Shown here in pieces: positions 29,391 to 37,979 of a DNA stretch of 64,000 bases. The notes beneath the pieces were generated by a model, which worked only from the letters and a program-made list of their open reading frames with translations, ran no database searches and was not told the origin of the DNA. The translations under genes and the position numbers were made by a program. Each line of letters starts with the position of its first letter. Position 1 is the first letter of the stretch. The DNA comes from an uncultured bacterium (GTDB lineage: Bacteria > Planctomycetota > UBA1135 > GCA-002686595). The DNA is taken from the NCBI GenBank assembly GCA_943787795.1, contig CALSNU010000007.1, forward strand, positions 32,001 through 96,000, given 5' to 3'.

Positions 29391-30103
29391 GCGGCACCTC
29401 CGACCTGGACGAGGCAGGGCTGGGCAGCCCGCTGGGAGAGGGTCCGGCCCCCGCCTCCCCTGGGGAGGGAGAGCACGACGCAGCGGCGGTCGCTGGCGTT
29501 GCGGAGGGAGACCCGGCCGCCGAGGGCGACGAGGTCTCTCTGGAGGATCGACTCGGCGAGGTGTTGAGCCGAGCGGATCTCGTGCTGCGAGCCTGCGTTG
29601 ATGAGGCTGATGGTGGCCCACTGCTCGTCGGCGTGGGTGTGGACCATGAGCTCATCATCGATGGCATCGGAGGACTCGAGGGCGAGTTCGATAACCCTTG
29701 AGACCCCCTCGACGAGGATGCTGCCGTCCGTCAGGACAGATGAGTTGCCGTCCTCGATGACGAATCGGCAGCGGCGACGCTGAGGCCGATCGAGGGCGCT
29801 CGACAGGCTGAAGGCGAGCTGCGAGAGCTTGCAGGTCGTCGGCCGGAGCTCCCGGGGGGCGGACCACCGAACGAGGTCGGTCGCTGCGCGCTCTGCGCGA
29901 AGCAGCTCGGCGATGGCTCGCTCGGTGAACTCGCGCTCCGCGGCCTCGAGGCCTGCGCCGCGGCGGCCCTCGAGGAGAGTGCGGAGCGCGCCCAGAGGCC
30001 AGCGCAGTTGCCGTCCTGCCTGGAGCGTCAGCGGATCGCTGCCGCGCCGGTTGGAGGAGCGGGCTGCGGAGGCTGCGTCTTGTTGTTGGTGCTGTCGATC
30101 CAT
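29387..30103 (-). CDS. Degenerate histidine-kinase-like protein (pseudokinase)
   Basis: H-box remnant RQLRWPL (His replaced by Arg); eroded N/G boxes; GGRVSL...VVLSLP tail. Confidence 0.6.
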   Translation of the reverse strand: MDRQHQQQDAASAARSSNRRGSDPLTLQAGRQLRWPLGALRTLLEGRRGAGLEAAEREFTERAIAELLRAERAATDLVRWSAPRELRPTTCKLSQLAFSLSSALDRPQRRRCRFVIEDGNSSVLTDGSILVEGVSRVIELALESSDAIDDELMVHTHADEQWATISLINAGSQHEIRSAQHLAESILQRDLVALGGRVSLRNASDRRCVVLSLPRGGGGRTLSQRAAQPCLVQVGGAA

Positions 30104-30124
30104 GGGTCGTTCCACGGGCAGCGG

Positions 30125-30140
30125 CGCAAGACCGGTGCCA
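30125..30140 (-). promoter_or_regulatory. sigma54 -24/-12 promoter of the minus-strand basal-body operon
   Basis: Minus strand reads TGGCAC-CGGTC-TTGCG, just upstream of ATG 30103. Confidence 0.85.
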
Positions 30141-30251
30141 GGCGTGGTTGTCGACCCGCCCCGACCGATCCCTTGATGGCCCAGGCACTGTTTTCCGGAA
30201 GGTTTTTCCGGATCGGGAACGTCCTTCAGACCCCTTGCGATGGGGCCGAAA

Positions 30252-30354
30252 GTGTCGCTTCTCGCGGCACCGTGTCGCCGATCGCGACACCTCCCCCGCT
30301 GACGTTCAATGGAGCGCCGTCGCGCTCCGGTGGTGGTGTCGCACGACGCGACAG
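30252..30354. promoter_or_regulatory. Three palindromic upstream activator-like sites GTGTCGC-N5-GCGACAC
   Basis: 30252-30270, 30272-30290 (perfect) and 30336-30354. Confidence 0.7.
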
Positions 30355-30394
30355 CTCGGTCCCAAGATCAGCCCAGGTTGGGCCCAGGTTGGGC

Positions 30395-31765
30395 TCAGGC
30401 CTCGATGTCGTAGGCCTCGAGTTTCTTGTAGAGAGTGGAGCGGTGGATCCCAAGGGCGCGCGCCGCTCGACCCTTATTACCCCTCGTCACGTCGAGCGCC
30501 CGTCGGATCAGCGCGGCCTCCATGCGGTCCAGGGAGAGCTGATCCTCCGGCAGCGCCTCGGGGGACCAGCCGGCTTGGCCTCTTCCGCCGGCCTCCGCCC
30601 CCTCGGCCAGGGATACCGAGCGCGCCTCCACCTCCCCTCCGCTGGTCATGATGGCGGCGCGCTCGACGGTGTTCCGGAGCTCGCGGATGTTCCCAGGCCA
30701 GCCGTGGGCCTCGAGGCGTGCCAGCGCCCCGTCGCTGAACCCTATATATGGGCGGCCCAGTTCCTCGGCGAACTGGCCCAGGAAGTGAGCGGCCAGGGCG
30801 GCGATGTCCTCGGTCCGCTCTCGGAGCGGCGGGACGACGATCGAGAACACATTGAGCCTGTAGAAGAGGTCCTCTCTGAATTCGCCGTCTTCGACCATGC
30901 TGGCGAGGTCGCGGTTGGTCGAGGCGACCACCCGGGCGTCCATGGTGAGGTCGAGGGTGCCTCCGACTCGCCTAAATGAGCGTTCCTGGAGGACCCTGAG
31001 GAGCTTTGCCTGGAGCCCGAGATCGAGCTCGCCGAGCTCATCGAGGAAGAGGGTTCCGCCCTTGGCCGCGCTGATCAGGCCATCTCGACCCTTGGGGTCC
31101 CCGCCCGTGAAGGCCCCGGGCTCATAGCCGAACAGCTCGGCCTCGAGGAGCCCCTCCGCAAGCGCGGCGCAGTTCAGGGCGATGAAGGGGCCTTCCGCGC
31201 GGTTGCTCCGCTCGTGCACGGCGCGGGCGACCAGCTCCTTGCCGACCCCCGACTCGCCAGTGATCAGGGCGGTGCTGCGCGGGGTGGCGGCGACTCGCTC
31301 CACGTGTTCGATGACCCTCTTGATCGCCCCGGAGTGACCCACGATCGGCCCCGCCCGTAGCAACGCGACCTCTTCTCTGAGCCGATCCCGCTCCTCTCTG
31401 ATCCCGCGCGCGCCCAGGGTCCGCTCGAGGACCTCACGCAGCCCGGGGGGGTCCACGGGCTTCTCGAGGACCGTCGCGGCGCCGAGGCGCATGGCTTGGA
31501 CGGCAGTCCTGACGTCGGCGAAGCCGGACAGGATGACCACCGCTGGGGCGTCTTCCATGGCGGCGAGCTTGGGGAGCACCTCAAGCCCATCCCCCTCGGG
31601 CATGCGGAGATCCAGGAGGACCAGGTCCGGGCGCTCTCGTGCGGCCACTCGAAGCGTCTCGGCTCCGGTCGCGGCCTCACTAGTCCGGTGGCCGCCGGCC
31701 ATGCAGATGGCCACCAGCCCGGTCCGGATCCCCGGCTCATCGTCAGCGATCAGGATGTGCGCCAC
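30395..31765 (-). CDS. sigma54-dependent response regulator, candidate flagellar master regulator
   Basis: Intact REC (ADDE, LDLRMP, KP), GESGVGKE, ELFGYEPGAFTGG, WPGNIREL, HTH. Confidence 0.9.
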   Translation of the reverse strand: MAHILIADDEPGIRTGLVAICMAGGHRTSEAATGAETLRVAARERPDLVLLDLRMPEGDGLEVLPKLAAMEDAPAVVILSGFADVRTAVQAMRLGAATVLEKPVDPPGLREVLERTLGARGIREERDRLREEVALLRAGPIVGHSGAIKRVIEHVERVAATPRSTALITGESGVGKELVARAVHERSNRAEGPFIALNCAALAEGLLEAELFGYEPGAFTGGDPKGRDGLISAAKGGTLFLDELGELDLGLQAKLLRVLQERSFRRVGGTLDLTMDARVVASTNRDLASMVEDGEFREDLFYRLNVFSIVVPPLRERTEDIAALAAHFLGQFAEELGRPYIGFSDGALARLEAHGWPGNIRELRNTVERAAIMTSGGEVEARSVSLAEGAEAGGRGQAGWSPEALPEDQLSLDRMEAALIRRALDVTRGNKGRAARALGIHRSTLYKKLEAYDIEA

Positions 31766-32066
31766 GGCCCGACTGTAGAGAAGGAGTGGCGGCTAAATCC
31801 ACCGCGCCAGCCTGCCTGTGTCCTGCGGGCGGGAGATCTGCACGCCGAGCCGAGGAGTTTCAGGGTGGAAACGATTTCCCGACATCGCCGCTGGTCGCCC
31901 GTGAACGGCCGATCGGGCCTCGCTGAGGCCGGGAATTCAAGCCGGCCGCTTCACTGATTCGCCCTCCCTCCGAGAACCCCAGTGTGCCCCGCGACCGGCA
32001 ACCGCCGCCAGTGGGACGCAACTCAGCAATCTCCGCCTGCCGCCAGCTTCAACCCCTCTCGGAACT

Positions 32067-32900
32067 TTGGGACTTCGAGTCAACACCAACATCGCATCGA
32101 TGACCGCTCAGCGAAATCTGAGCGTCTCCTCGAGCCGCCTTCAAGGCAACTTCTCCCGGCTCGCTTCCGGTCTTCGAATTGCCACCGCGGCAGACGACGC
32201 CGCCGGACTGGCCATCTCCGAGCGCATGCGCTCGCAAATCAAGTCCTACGCCGTGGCAGGCCGCAACGCGATGGACGGAGTGTCCCTCGCTCAGACCGCA
32301 GAAGGCGCCCTTGGTGAGGTGAGCGGCATCCTGACCCGGATGCGCGAGCTCACCATGCAGAGCGCCAACGGGACGCTCAGCGCTAGCGATCGAGCGACCC
32401 TTGACAACGAATTCGACCAGCTGAAGGACGAGGTCAACCGGATCTCGAACACCACGCAGTTCAACGGGATCAACCTCCTCGATGGGTCGGCCTCGACAGG
32501 CATCCCGATCCAGGTGGGCATCGGCAACAGCCTCACCAACGACGTCATCAGCGTCACCCTTGATTCGACCTCGACATCCCAGCTGTCCATCGCGGCGGCT
32601 GACCTCAACTCGATCACTGGCGCCCAATCGGCCCTTGCGAGCATCGACACCGCCATCGGCGCGGTCAACGACGCTCGAGGGATCCTCGGGGCACAACAGA
32701 ACAGGATGGAGAGTTCGCTGCGCAGCATTCAGGTGCAGCGCGAGAACCTCTCTGCATCCGAGAGCCGCATCCGCGACGTCGACGTCGCCATGGAGACCGC
32801 GGACCTCACCCGTAACTCGATCATGCAGCAGGCTGCCACCTCGATCCTCCAGCAGGCCAACGTCCAGCCGCAGATCGCGCTCTCTCTCCTCCAGGGCTGA
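32067..32900 (+). CDS. fliC: Flagellin 1 (277 aa, TTG start)
   Basis: RVNTNIAS, RLASGLRI..AADDAAGLAISE, LGAQQNR, ESRIRDVD, QQAN..PQ..LSLL. Confidence 0.97.
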   Translation: MGLRVNTNIASMTAQRNLSVSSSRLQGNFSRLASGLRIATAADDAAGLAISERMRSQIKSYAVAGRNAMDGVSLAQTAEGALGEVSGILTRMRELTMQSANGTLSASDRATLDNEFDQLKDEVNRISNTTQFNGINLLDGSASTGIPIQVGIGNSLTNDVISVTLDSTSTSQLSIAAADLNSITGAQSALASIDTAIGAVNDARGILGAQQNRMESSLRSIQVQRENLSASESRIRDVDVAMETADLTRNSIMQQAATSILQQANVQPQIALSLLQG

Positions 32901-32958
32901 TCAGCCCCGCCAGAGTCACAACGAAAAAGAAGCGGCCTTCGGGCTCGATTCGCTGAGT

Positions 32959-32989
32959 GGGGGGGAGATCTCCCAAGGGTCTCCCCCCC
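32959..32989 (+). terminator. Strong hairpin after flagellin 1
   Basis: GGGGGGGAGATCT-CCCAA-GGGTCTCCCCCCC; weak U-tail. Confidence 0.55.
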
Positions 32990-33271
32990 TATTCCTCTCG
33001 CCGTCGAACCGCGCCGCGCCTGGCACCCACGTCAGGTTCGCTCTCTGAAACCAAACCTACGCCCTCCGCAGTCGCTGCCCAGCAGCTGGCTGCAGGCGCG
33101 CCCTCGAGACCCACGTGTCTGAGGCGCCGCCCAGGGCGACACCGCACAACGACTGGCGCCTTCAGCGCGCGCCCGGTTGGAGTCCCGAGCTCGTGAACGG
33201 CTCGGCTCGCTCTGGCTGGTCCCGCCGCTGAAGCAACCTGGCACCGGTCGTCTCTTGTCAGTTCACAACCT

Positions 33272-33303
33272 CCAAGCAACCAAGCAACCAAGCAACCAAG
33301 CAA
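33272..33303 (+). repeat. 4x CCAAGCAA tandem repeat immediately before flagellin 2 start
   Basis: Seen directly; ends 6 nt before ATG 33310. Confidence 0.9.
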
Positions 33304-33309
33304 TACACC

Positions 33310-34134
33310 ATGGGACTTCGCGTCAACACCAACGTTGCGTCAATGAACGCGCAGCGGAACCTGTTCAACTCCAGCCAGCAACTCGGCGGCAACTTCGCCA
33401 GGCTCTCCTCCGGCCTGCGCATCTCGAGCGCGGCGGACGACGCCGCCGGCCTCGGCATCTCCGAGCGCATGCGGGCTGACATCCGGTCCTACTCGGTGGC
33501 GAGGCGTAACGCCCAGGACGGCATCTCGCTCGTCCAGACCGCCGAAGGCGCCCTCAATGAGGTCAGCAACATCCTTGGCCGGATGCGTGAGCTGTCCATG
33601 CAGTCAGCAAACGGCACGCTCAGCGCCACCGACCGCTCGACTCTCGACGGCGAGTTCCAGCAGCTCGTGGGCGAGGTCGACCGGATCTCCGAGACCACGC
33701 AATTCAACGGCGTCGATCTGCTCGACGGCACCGCGACCTCGATCTCGATCCAGGTCGGGATCAACAACACCGCGGACGACACGATCTCGTTGAGCCCCGC
33801 CGATGTCTCAACGAGCACGCTCAGCCTGACCGCCAGTTCGATCAGCACCCTGGGCAGCGCCACGACGATGCTCACGACGCTCGACAACGCCATCGACTCG
33901 GTGAACAACGCCCGAGGTGTCCTCGGCGCGCAGCAGAACCGCCTGGACAGCACGCTCCGTTCGCTCTCGAACGTCCGCGAGAACACCAGCGCAGCAGAGA
34001 GCCGAATCCGCGACGTGGATGTCGCCATGGAAACGGCTGATCTGACCCGCAACTCCATCCTGCAGCAGGCGTCCACGTCGATCTTGCAGCAGGCCAACTC
34101 CCAGCCGCAGCTCGCGCTGTCGCTCCTGGGATGA
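33310..34134 (+). CDS. fliC: Flagellin 2 (274 aa)
   Basis: Conserved flagellin N- and C-terminal domains. Confidence 0.97.
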   Translation: MGLRVNTNVASMNAQRNLFNSSQQLGGNFARLSSGLRISSAADDAAGLGISERMRADIRSYSVARRNAQDGISLVQTAEGALNEVSNILGRMRELSMQSANGTLSATDRSTLDGEFQQLVGEVDRISETTQFNGVDLLDGTATSISIQVGINNTADDTISLSPADVSTSTLSLTASSISTLGSATTMLTTLDNAIDSVNNARGVLGAQQNRLDSTLRSLSNVRENTSAAESRIRDVDVAMETADLTRNSILQQASTSILQQANSQPQLALSLLG

Positions 34135-34151
34135 TCTGAACCACTCGCTTC

Positions 34152-34190
34152 GGTCAGCTCCCCCGGCGTGCAATTCCGGGGGAGTGGACC
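34152..34190 (+). terminator. Hairpin after flagellin 2
   Basis: GCTCCCCCGG...CCGGGGGAGT with outer GGTC/GACC. Confidence 0.55.
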
Positions 34191-34389
34191 TGCGGCTCGA
34201 GAGAGCGCGTAGTTCCCGACAGAACGTGAGTGCCCGCCAAGACTGAACGCGCCCAAACCTGGAGCTCGTTGGAACTCTGTTCGTGAACGGCAGGGACTCC
34301 AGCGGTGGAAGGGAGGGCCTAGGTAGCGATCAGTCAAGGCAAGGAATCGTTCGCACCTCGACTCCATATCCGACAACTGAGAAAATCGA

Positions 34390-35211
34390 ATGGGACTTCG
34401 CGTCAACACCAACGTTGCGTCAATGAACGCGCAACGCAACCTCTTTAACAGCAGCGCCCAACTGGGCGGTAACTTCGCTCGCCTCTCCTCGGGCCTGCGT
34501 ATCTCCAGCGCGTCTGACGACGCCGCCGGCCTCGGTATCTCCGAGCGCATGCGGGCCGACATTCGCTCCTACGGCGTCGCTTCTCGCAACGCCCAGGACG
34601 GTGTCTCCATGGTTCAGACGGCCGAAGGCTCTCTGAACGAAGTGAGTGACATCCTCGGCCGTATGAGGGAGCTGTCCATGCAGGCCTCCAACGGCACTCT
34701 GAGCGCCGATGACCGGAGCACGCTTGACGGCGAGTTCCAGCAGCTCGTGGAGGAGGTCGACCGGATCTCCGCCACGACGCAGTTCAACGGCGTCCAGCTC
34801 CTCGACGGCTCCAACACCTCGATCTCGATCCAGGTCGGCATCGACGGTACCGCCAACGACACCATCTCGGTGACCGGCGCGGACACGACCGCCTCGACGC
34901 TCGGCGTCAACGGCGGGATCACCACCCAGGCCGCCAGCACCGCGATGCTCGCCTCGATCGACACCGCGATCAACAGCGTCAACTCTTCGCGCGGTACCCT
35001 CGGCGCCCAGCAGAACCGCCTCGACAGCACCCTCCGCTCTCTCGCCAGCGTGCGCGAGAACACGAGCGCTGCTGAGAGCCGGATCCGCGACGTGGACGTC
35101 GCCTTCGAGACCGCGGACCTGACCCGCAACTCGATCCTGCAGCAGGCCGCCACGTCGGTCCTCGCCCAGGCGAACGCTCAGCCTCAGCTGGCGCTCTCCC
35201 TTCTCGGCTGA
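34390..35211 (+). CDS. fliC: Flagellin 3 (273 aa)
   Basis: Conserved flagellin N- and C-terminal domains. Confidence 0.97.
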   Translation: MGLRVNTNVASMNAQRNLFNSSAQLGGNFARLSSGLRISSASDDAAGLGISERMRADIRSYGVASRNAQDGVSMVQTAEGSLNEVSDILGRMRELSMQASNGTLSADDRSTLDGEFQQLVEEVDRISATTQFNGVQLLDGSNTSISIQVGIDGTANDTISVTGADTTASTLGVNGGITTQAASTAMLASIDTAINSVNSSRGTLGAQQNRLDSTLRSLASVRENTSAAESRIRDVDVAFETADLTRNSILQQAATSVLAQANAQPQLALSLLG

Positions 35212-35226
35212 TCCGAGACCCCAAAC

Positions 35227-35264
35227 TCCGCCGTGACGCTCCCCTCGGGGCGCGCCACGGCGGA
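35227..35264 (+). terminator. Hairpin after flagellin 3
   Basis: TCCGCCGTG...CACGGCGGA. Confidence 0.55.
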
Positions 35265-35450
35265 CCGTGCGCCCCCGGCTTTGCTTGGATGTCGGGGGCG
35301 CCTCTCGTTCTTGCCGTCTCCGAGCTCTCCTGGGTCGTCCGCCGGGGTGGAAATCTTTTCTCGATGGTTCGGCCGCTGGACGAGCCGATCACCCTGTCTC
35401 TGAGCGAGAACCGAAGCCGTCCAACGGCGAGGGCTTGCAGAGATCTCCGC

Positions 35451-35477
35451 TCAAGTCGGTGGCGCCGCTGCCGACAA
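35451..35477 (+). promoter_or_regulatory. sigma28 promoter of fliD
   Basis: TCAA-N15-GCCGACAA. Confidence 0.75.
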
Positions 35478-35512
35478 CCCATCCGGGCGCGCTTGCCGCG
35501 CCCATAATCGTC

Positions 35513-37033
35513 ATGGTCAGCACCTCAGGAATCAGCTTCTCCGGCCTCGGGAGCGGTTTGGACACAAGCGCGATCGTGAGCCAGCTCATGGCCGTGGAGC
35601 GGATCCCGATCAATTCGCTGCAGGGGCGCAAGGGCACCGAGGAGCGCCGGCTTGATCTCGTCGGTCAGCTCGGGGACCTGGTGAAGACGCTCAAGGAGAA
35701 GGCGGAAGACCTCTCTTCTCCGGCTGAATTCTACGCTTACGCCGCCTCCATCTCGGACGAGTCCGTGGCGGCCGTGACGGCCGGTTCGACCGCCGAGCCC
35801 GGGTCCCACTCGCTGGACGTCCAGCGGCTCGCGGGGACCGACCGATGGGCCTTTGATGCGGTGAGCGCCCGCGACGTTGACCTGACCGACACGGCGGGTC
35901 AGCAGCTCGTCTTCAGCGTGGGGACCACCAACTACTCGCTCACTGTGGATCCCGAGGCTTCGACGCTGGATGAGATTGCCTCTCAGATCAACCAGATGGC
36001 GCCGGACGACGTCAGCGCGTCGGTGGTGAACACCGGGACGGAGTCCAACCCGAGCTTCCAGCTCGTCCTCACCTCAGAGAAGTCGGGGGAAGAGGGGCGG
36101 ATTACCGAACTCTTCTCGAACATCTCGGGAGCCTCCGAGTCGCTGGCGGTGACGTGGGCTCCGCCGGACCTCAATGGCGAAGCGCAGAGCGCCAACAACG
36201 TGACCGTGGGTAATGACGCGCTCGCCACGATCAACGGGCTCGAGGTTCGACGGTCGGATAACACCTTCAGCGGTGTGATCGAGGGCGTGACCCTGGACCT
36301 CAGGTCGACGACCCCCGATGGGCCAGTCTCGATCTCAATTGACCCCGACCGGGAGGCGGTGCGGGGCAAGATCGACAGCTTCGTGACGGCCTACAACGCC
36401 GCCATGGAGTTCATGAACAACCAGAGCCGCTTCACCCCGGCAGAGGGTGACGACGGCGGAGGTGAGACCGGCGGCCTCCTCTTCGGAGACTCGCTGCTCA
36501 GTAACGTCAGGCGCAGCCTCCAGCGCTCGCTCTTCGACGTGGACGTCAACACCGTGGCGAACGACACAGAGGGCTACAGCACGCTCTCGTTGGTCGGTAT
36601 CGACCAGGCGCAGGACGGCACGCTGTCGGTGGATTCAGCTGTCTTCGATGAGAAGTTCACGGGCAACCTCGAGGCTCTGATGGACCTGTTCGCGGACACC
36701 GATGGCTTCGACAACGGCGGTGCAGCGGTCAATACGCCGGAGTACTACATGGACACCACGGCGGATACCGGCCTGATGAACAGGCTCGTTCGGGAGGTCG
36801 ACCAGATGTTTGGCGACCTCGCGGCGGCGGATGGCGTCGAGGTGCAGGGCATCTTCGACCTCCGCGAGGACGCGATCAGGCAGTCCATCGAACGGTATGA
36901 AGACCGGATCGAGCGCCGCGAGGATCGCCTCGGGAAGTACGAAGAGACGCTCATTCTCCGCTTCGCGCGACTCGAGGAGCTCCTGGGCGGCCTGAACGCC
37001 CAGGGGACGGCCCTCAACAGCATGCTCGGCTGA
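35513..37033 (+). CDS. fliD: Flagellar filament cap FliD
   Basis: SGLGSGLDTSAIVSQLMAVER, DA...NG...RSDNT...I.GVTLDL, FVTAYN, RFARLE. Confidence 0.95.
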   Translation: MVSTSGISFSGLGSGLDTSAIVSQLMAVERIPINSLQGRKGTEERRLDLVGQLGDLVKTLKEKAEDLSSPAEFYAYAASISDESVAAVTAGSTAEPGSHSLDVQRLAGTDRWAFDAVSARDVDLTDTAGQQLVFSVGTTNYSLTVDPEASTLDEIASQINQMAPDDVSASVVNTGTESNPSFQLVLTSEKSGEEGRITELFSNISGASESLAVTWAPPDLNGEAQSANNVTVGNDALATINGLEVRRSDNTFSGVIEGVTLDLRSTTPDGPVSISIDPDREAVRGKIDSFVTAYNAAMEFMNNQSRFTPAEGDDGGGETGGLLFGDSLLSNVRRSLQRSLFDVDVNTVANDTEGYSTLSLVGIDQAQDGTLSVDSAVFDEKFTGNLEALMDLFADTDGFDNGGAAVNTPEYYMDTTADTGLMNRLVREVDQMFGDLAAADGVEVQGIFDLREDAIRQSIERYEDRIERREDRLGKYEETLILRFARLEELLGGLNAQGTALNSMLG

Positions 37034-37091
37034 GCAACCAAGAACACAACTCTCCGTCGCGCAGCGACACATCCTGCTTATCTCCTATCGC

Positions 37092-37484
37092 ATGGCTCCC
37101 AAGTTGACCGCCGCCGAGGCTTACCTGAGCTCCTCCGTCGAGAACGCTCCGCCGATCAAGATCGTCCGCCTCCTCTACCAGGGCGCGATTCGATTCCTCG
37201 GCCAAGCTGCTCTCGAGGACAGCAAGGATCCCCGGTCGAACTTCATCAAGCTGCTCTCGGACGCAGACGCCATCGTGGCCGAGCTCCGGCTGGCTCTCGA
37301 TGACAGCGCGGCGAGCTCGGAGGTGGTCTCTAACCTCGAGCGCCTCTATCTCTTCTGCGAGGCTGAGATTCAGCGGGCCATGCTGGACCGCTCCTCGGAA
37401 CCGCTCCGCGGAGCGAAGTCCGTCCTCGAGACCCTGCTCGAAGCATGGTCAAAGGTCGAGGTCGAGGCCGCGCGGGCCGCGTGA
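37092..37484 (+). CDS. fliS: Flagellin chaperone FliS
   Basis: AY....V..A.P..IV.LLYQGAI, IVAELRLALD, NLERLY, LLEAW. Confidence 0.93.
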   Translation: MAPKLTAAEAYLSSSVENAPPIKIVRLLYQGAIRFLGQAALEDSKDPRSNFIKLLSDADAIVAELRLALDDSAASSEVVSNLERLYLFCEAEIQRAMLDRSSEPLRGAKSVLETLLEAWSKVEVEAARAA

Positions 37485-37858
37485 CTTCCGCGGATGGAGC
37501 CTTCGGGCGCCTCGCCGAGGCGCGCCGAGCTATGGAGGACGGGCTGGCGCTCCTGGATGGTGCCTCCGCCGAGGACGCGGATGTTCCCGTCGCCTTGGGG
37601 CGGCTGGCCGCGACGCTTGCGTCCGTCGGTGACTTCGCCGCCATGCGAGACAGCGTCCCCGCGGACGGTCGTGAGCGCTTCGATGATCAGCTCGAAGACT
37701 TGCTCCGACTGAACGCCGTCCTGACGGCAGCGGTCAAGCAGGACCGAGACGCCTTGCTGCAGCGCCTCAAGGTCACTCGAGAGTCGCGCCGCGACCTCGC
37801 GCGGCAGGTGAGCGGCGCGCCTGACGGCGCGGGCAACCGCTGCGATGTGTCGGGCTAA
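37481..37858 (+). CDS. FliT-like helical protein
   Basis: GTGA overlap with fliS; helical; position after fliD-fliS. Confidence 0.5.
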   Translation: MTSADGAFGRLAEARRAMEDGLALLDGASAEDADVPVALGRLAATLASVGDFAAMRDSVPADGRERFDDQLEDLLRLNAVLTAAVKQDRDALLQRLKVTRESRRDLARQVSGAPDGAGNRCDVSG

Positions 37859-37865
37859 GCGACAG
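37847..37865. promoter_or_regulatory. Upstream activator-like palindrome before the fliO promoter
   Basis: GTGTCGG-GCTAA-GCGACAG, matching the 30252-30354 motif. Confidence 0.6.
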
Positions 37866-37928
37866 CAACCGTCGTGAAATCCAACACCGTGCGCCGCTGA
37901 GGACGCACGAGGGCCCCTCGAACGGGGT

Positions 37929-37944
37929 TGGCACGGCCCTTGCG
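37929..37944 (+). promoter_or_regulatory. sigma54 -24/-12 promoter of the fliO-fliA operon
   Basis: TGGCAC-GGCCC-TTGCG. Confidence 0.85.
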
Positions 37945-37979
37945 ATAGAGCGTGTCCCGGCGAATCCGTCCGGGGCCTC

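Noticed and set aside
33239..33254. sigma54 promoter before flagellin 2 (TGGCACCGGTC)
   Set aside because: No TTGC at the -12 position; TGGCACG near 53113 fails for the same reason
37054..37070. Another copy of the GTCGC/GCGAC palindrome before fliS
   Set aside because: Spacer is 3 nt rather than 5 and no sigma54 promoter follows
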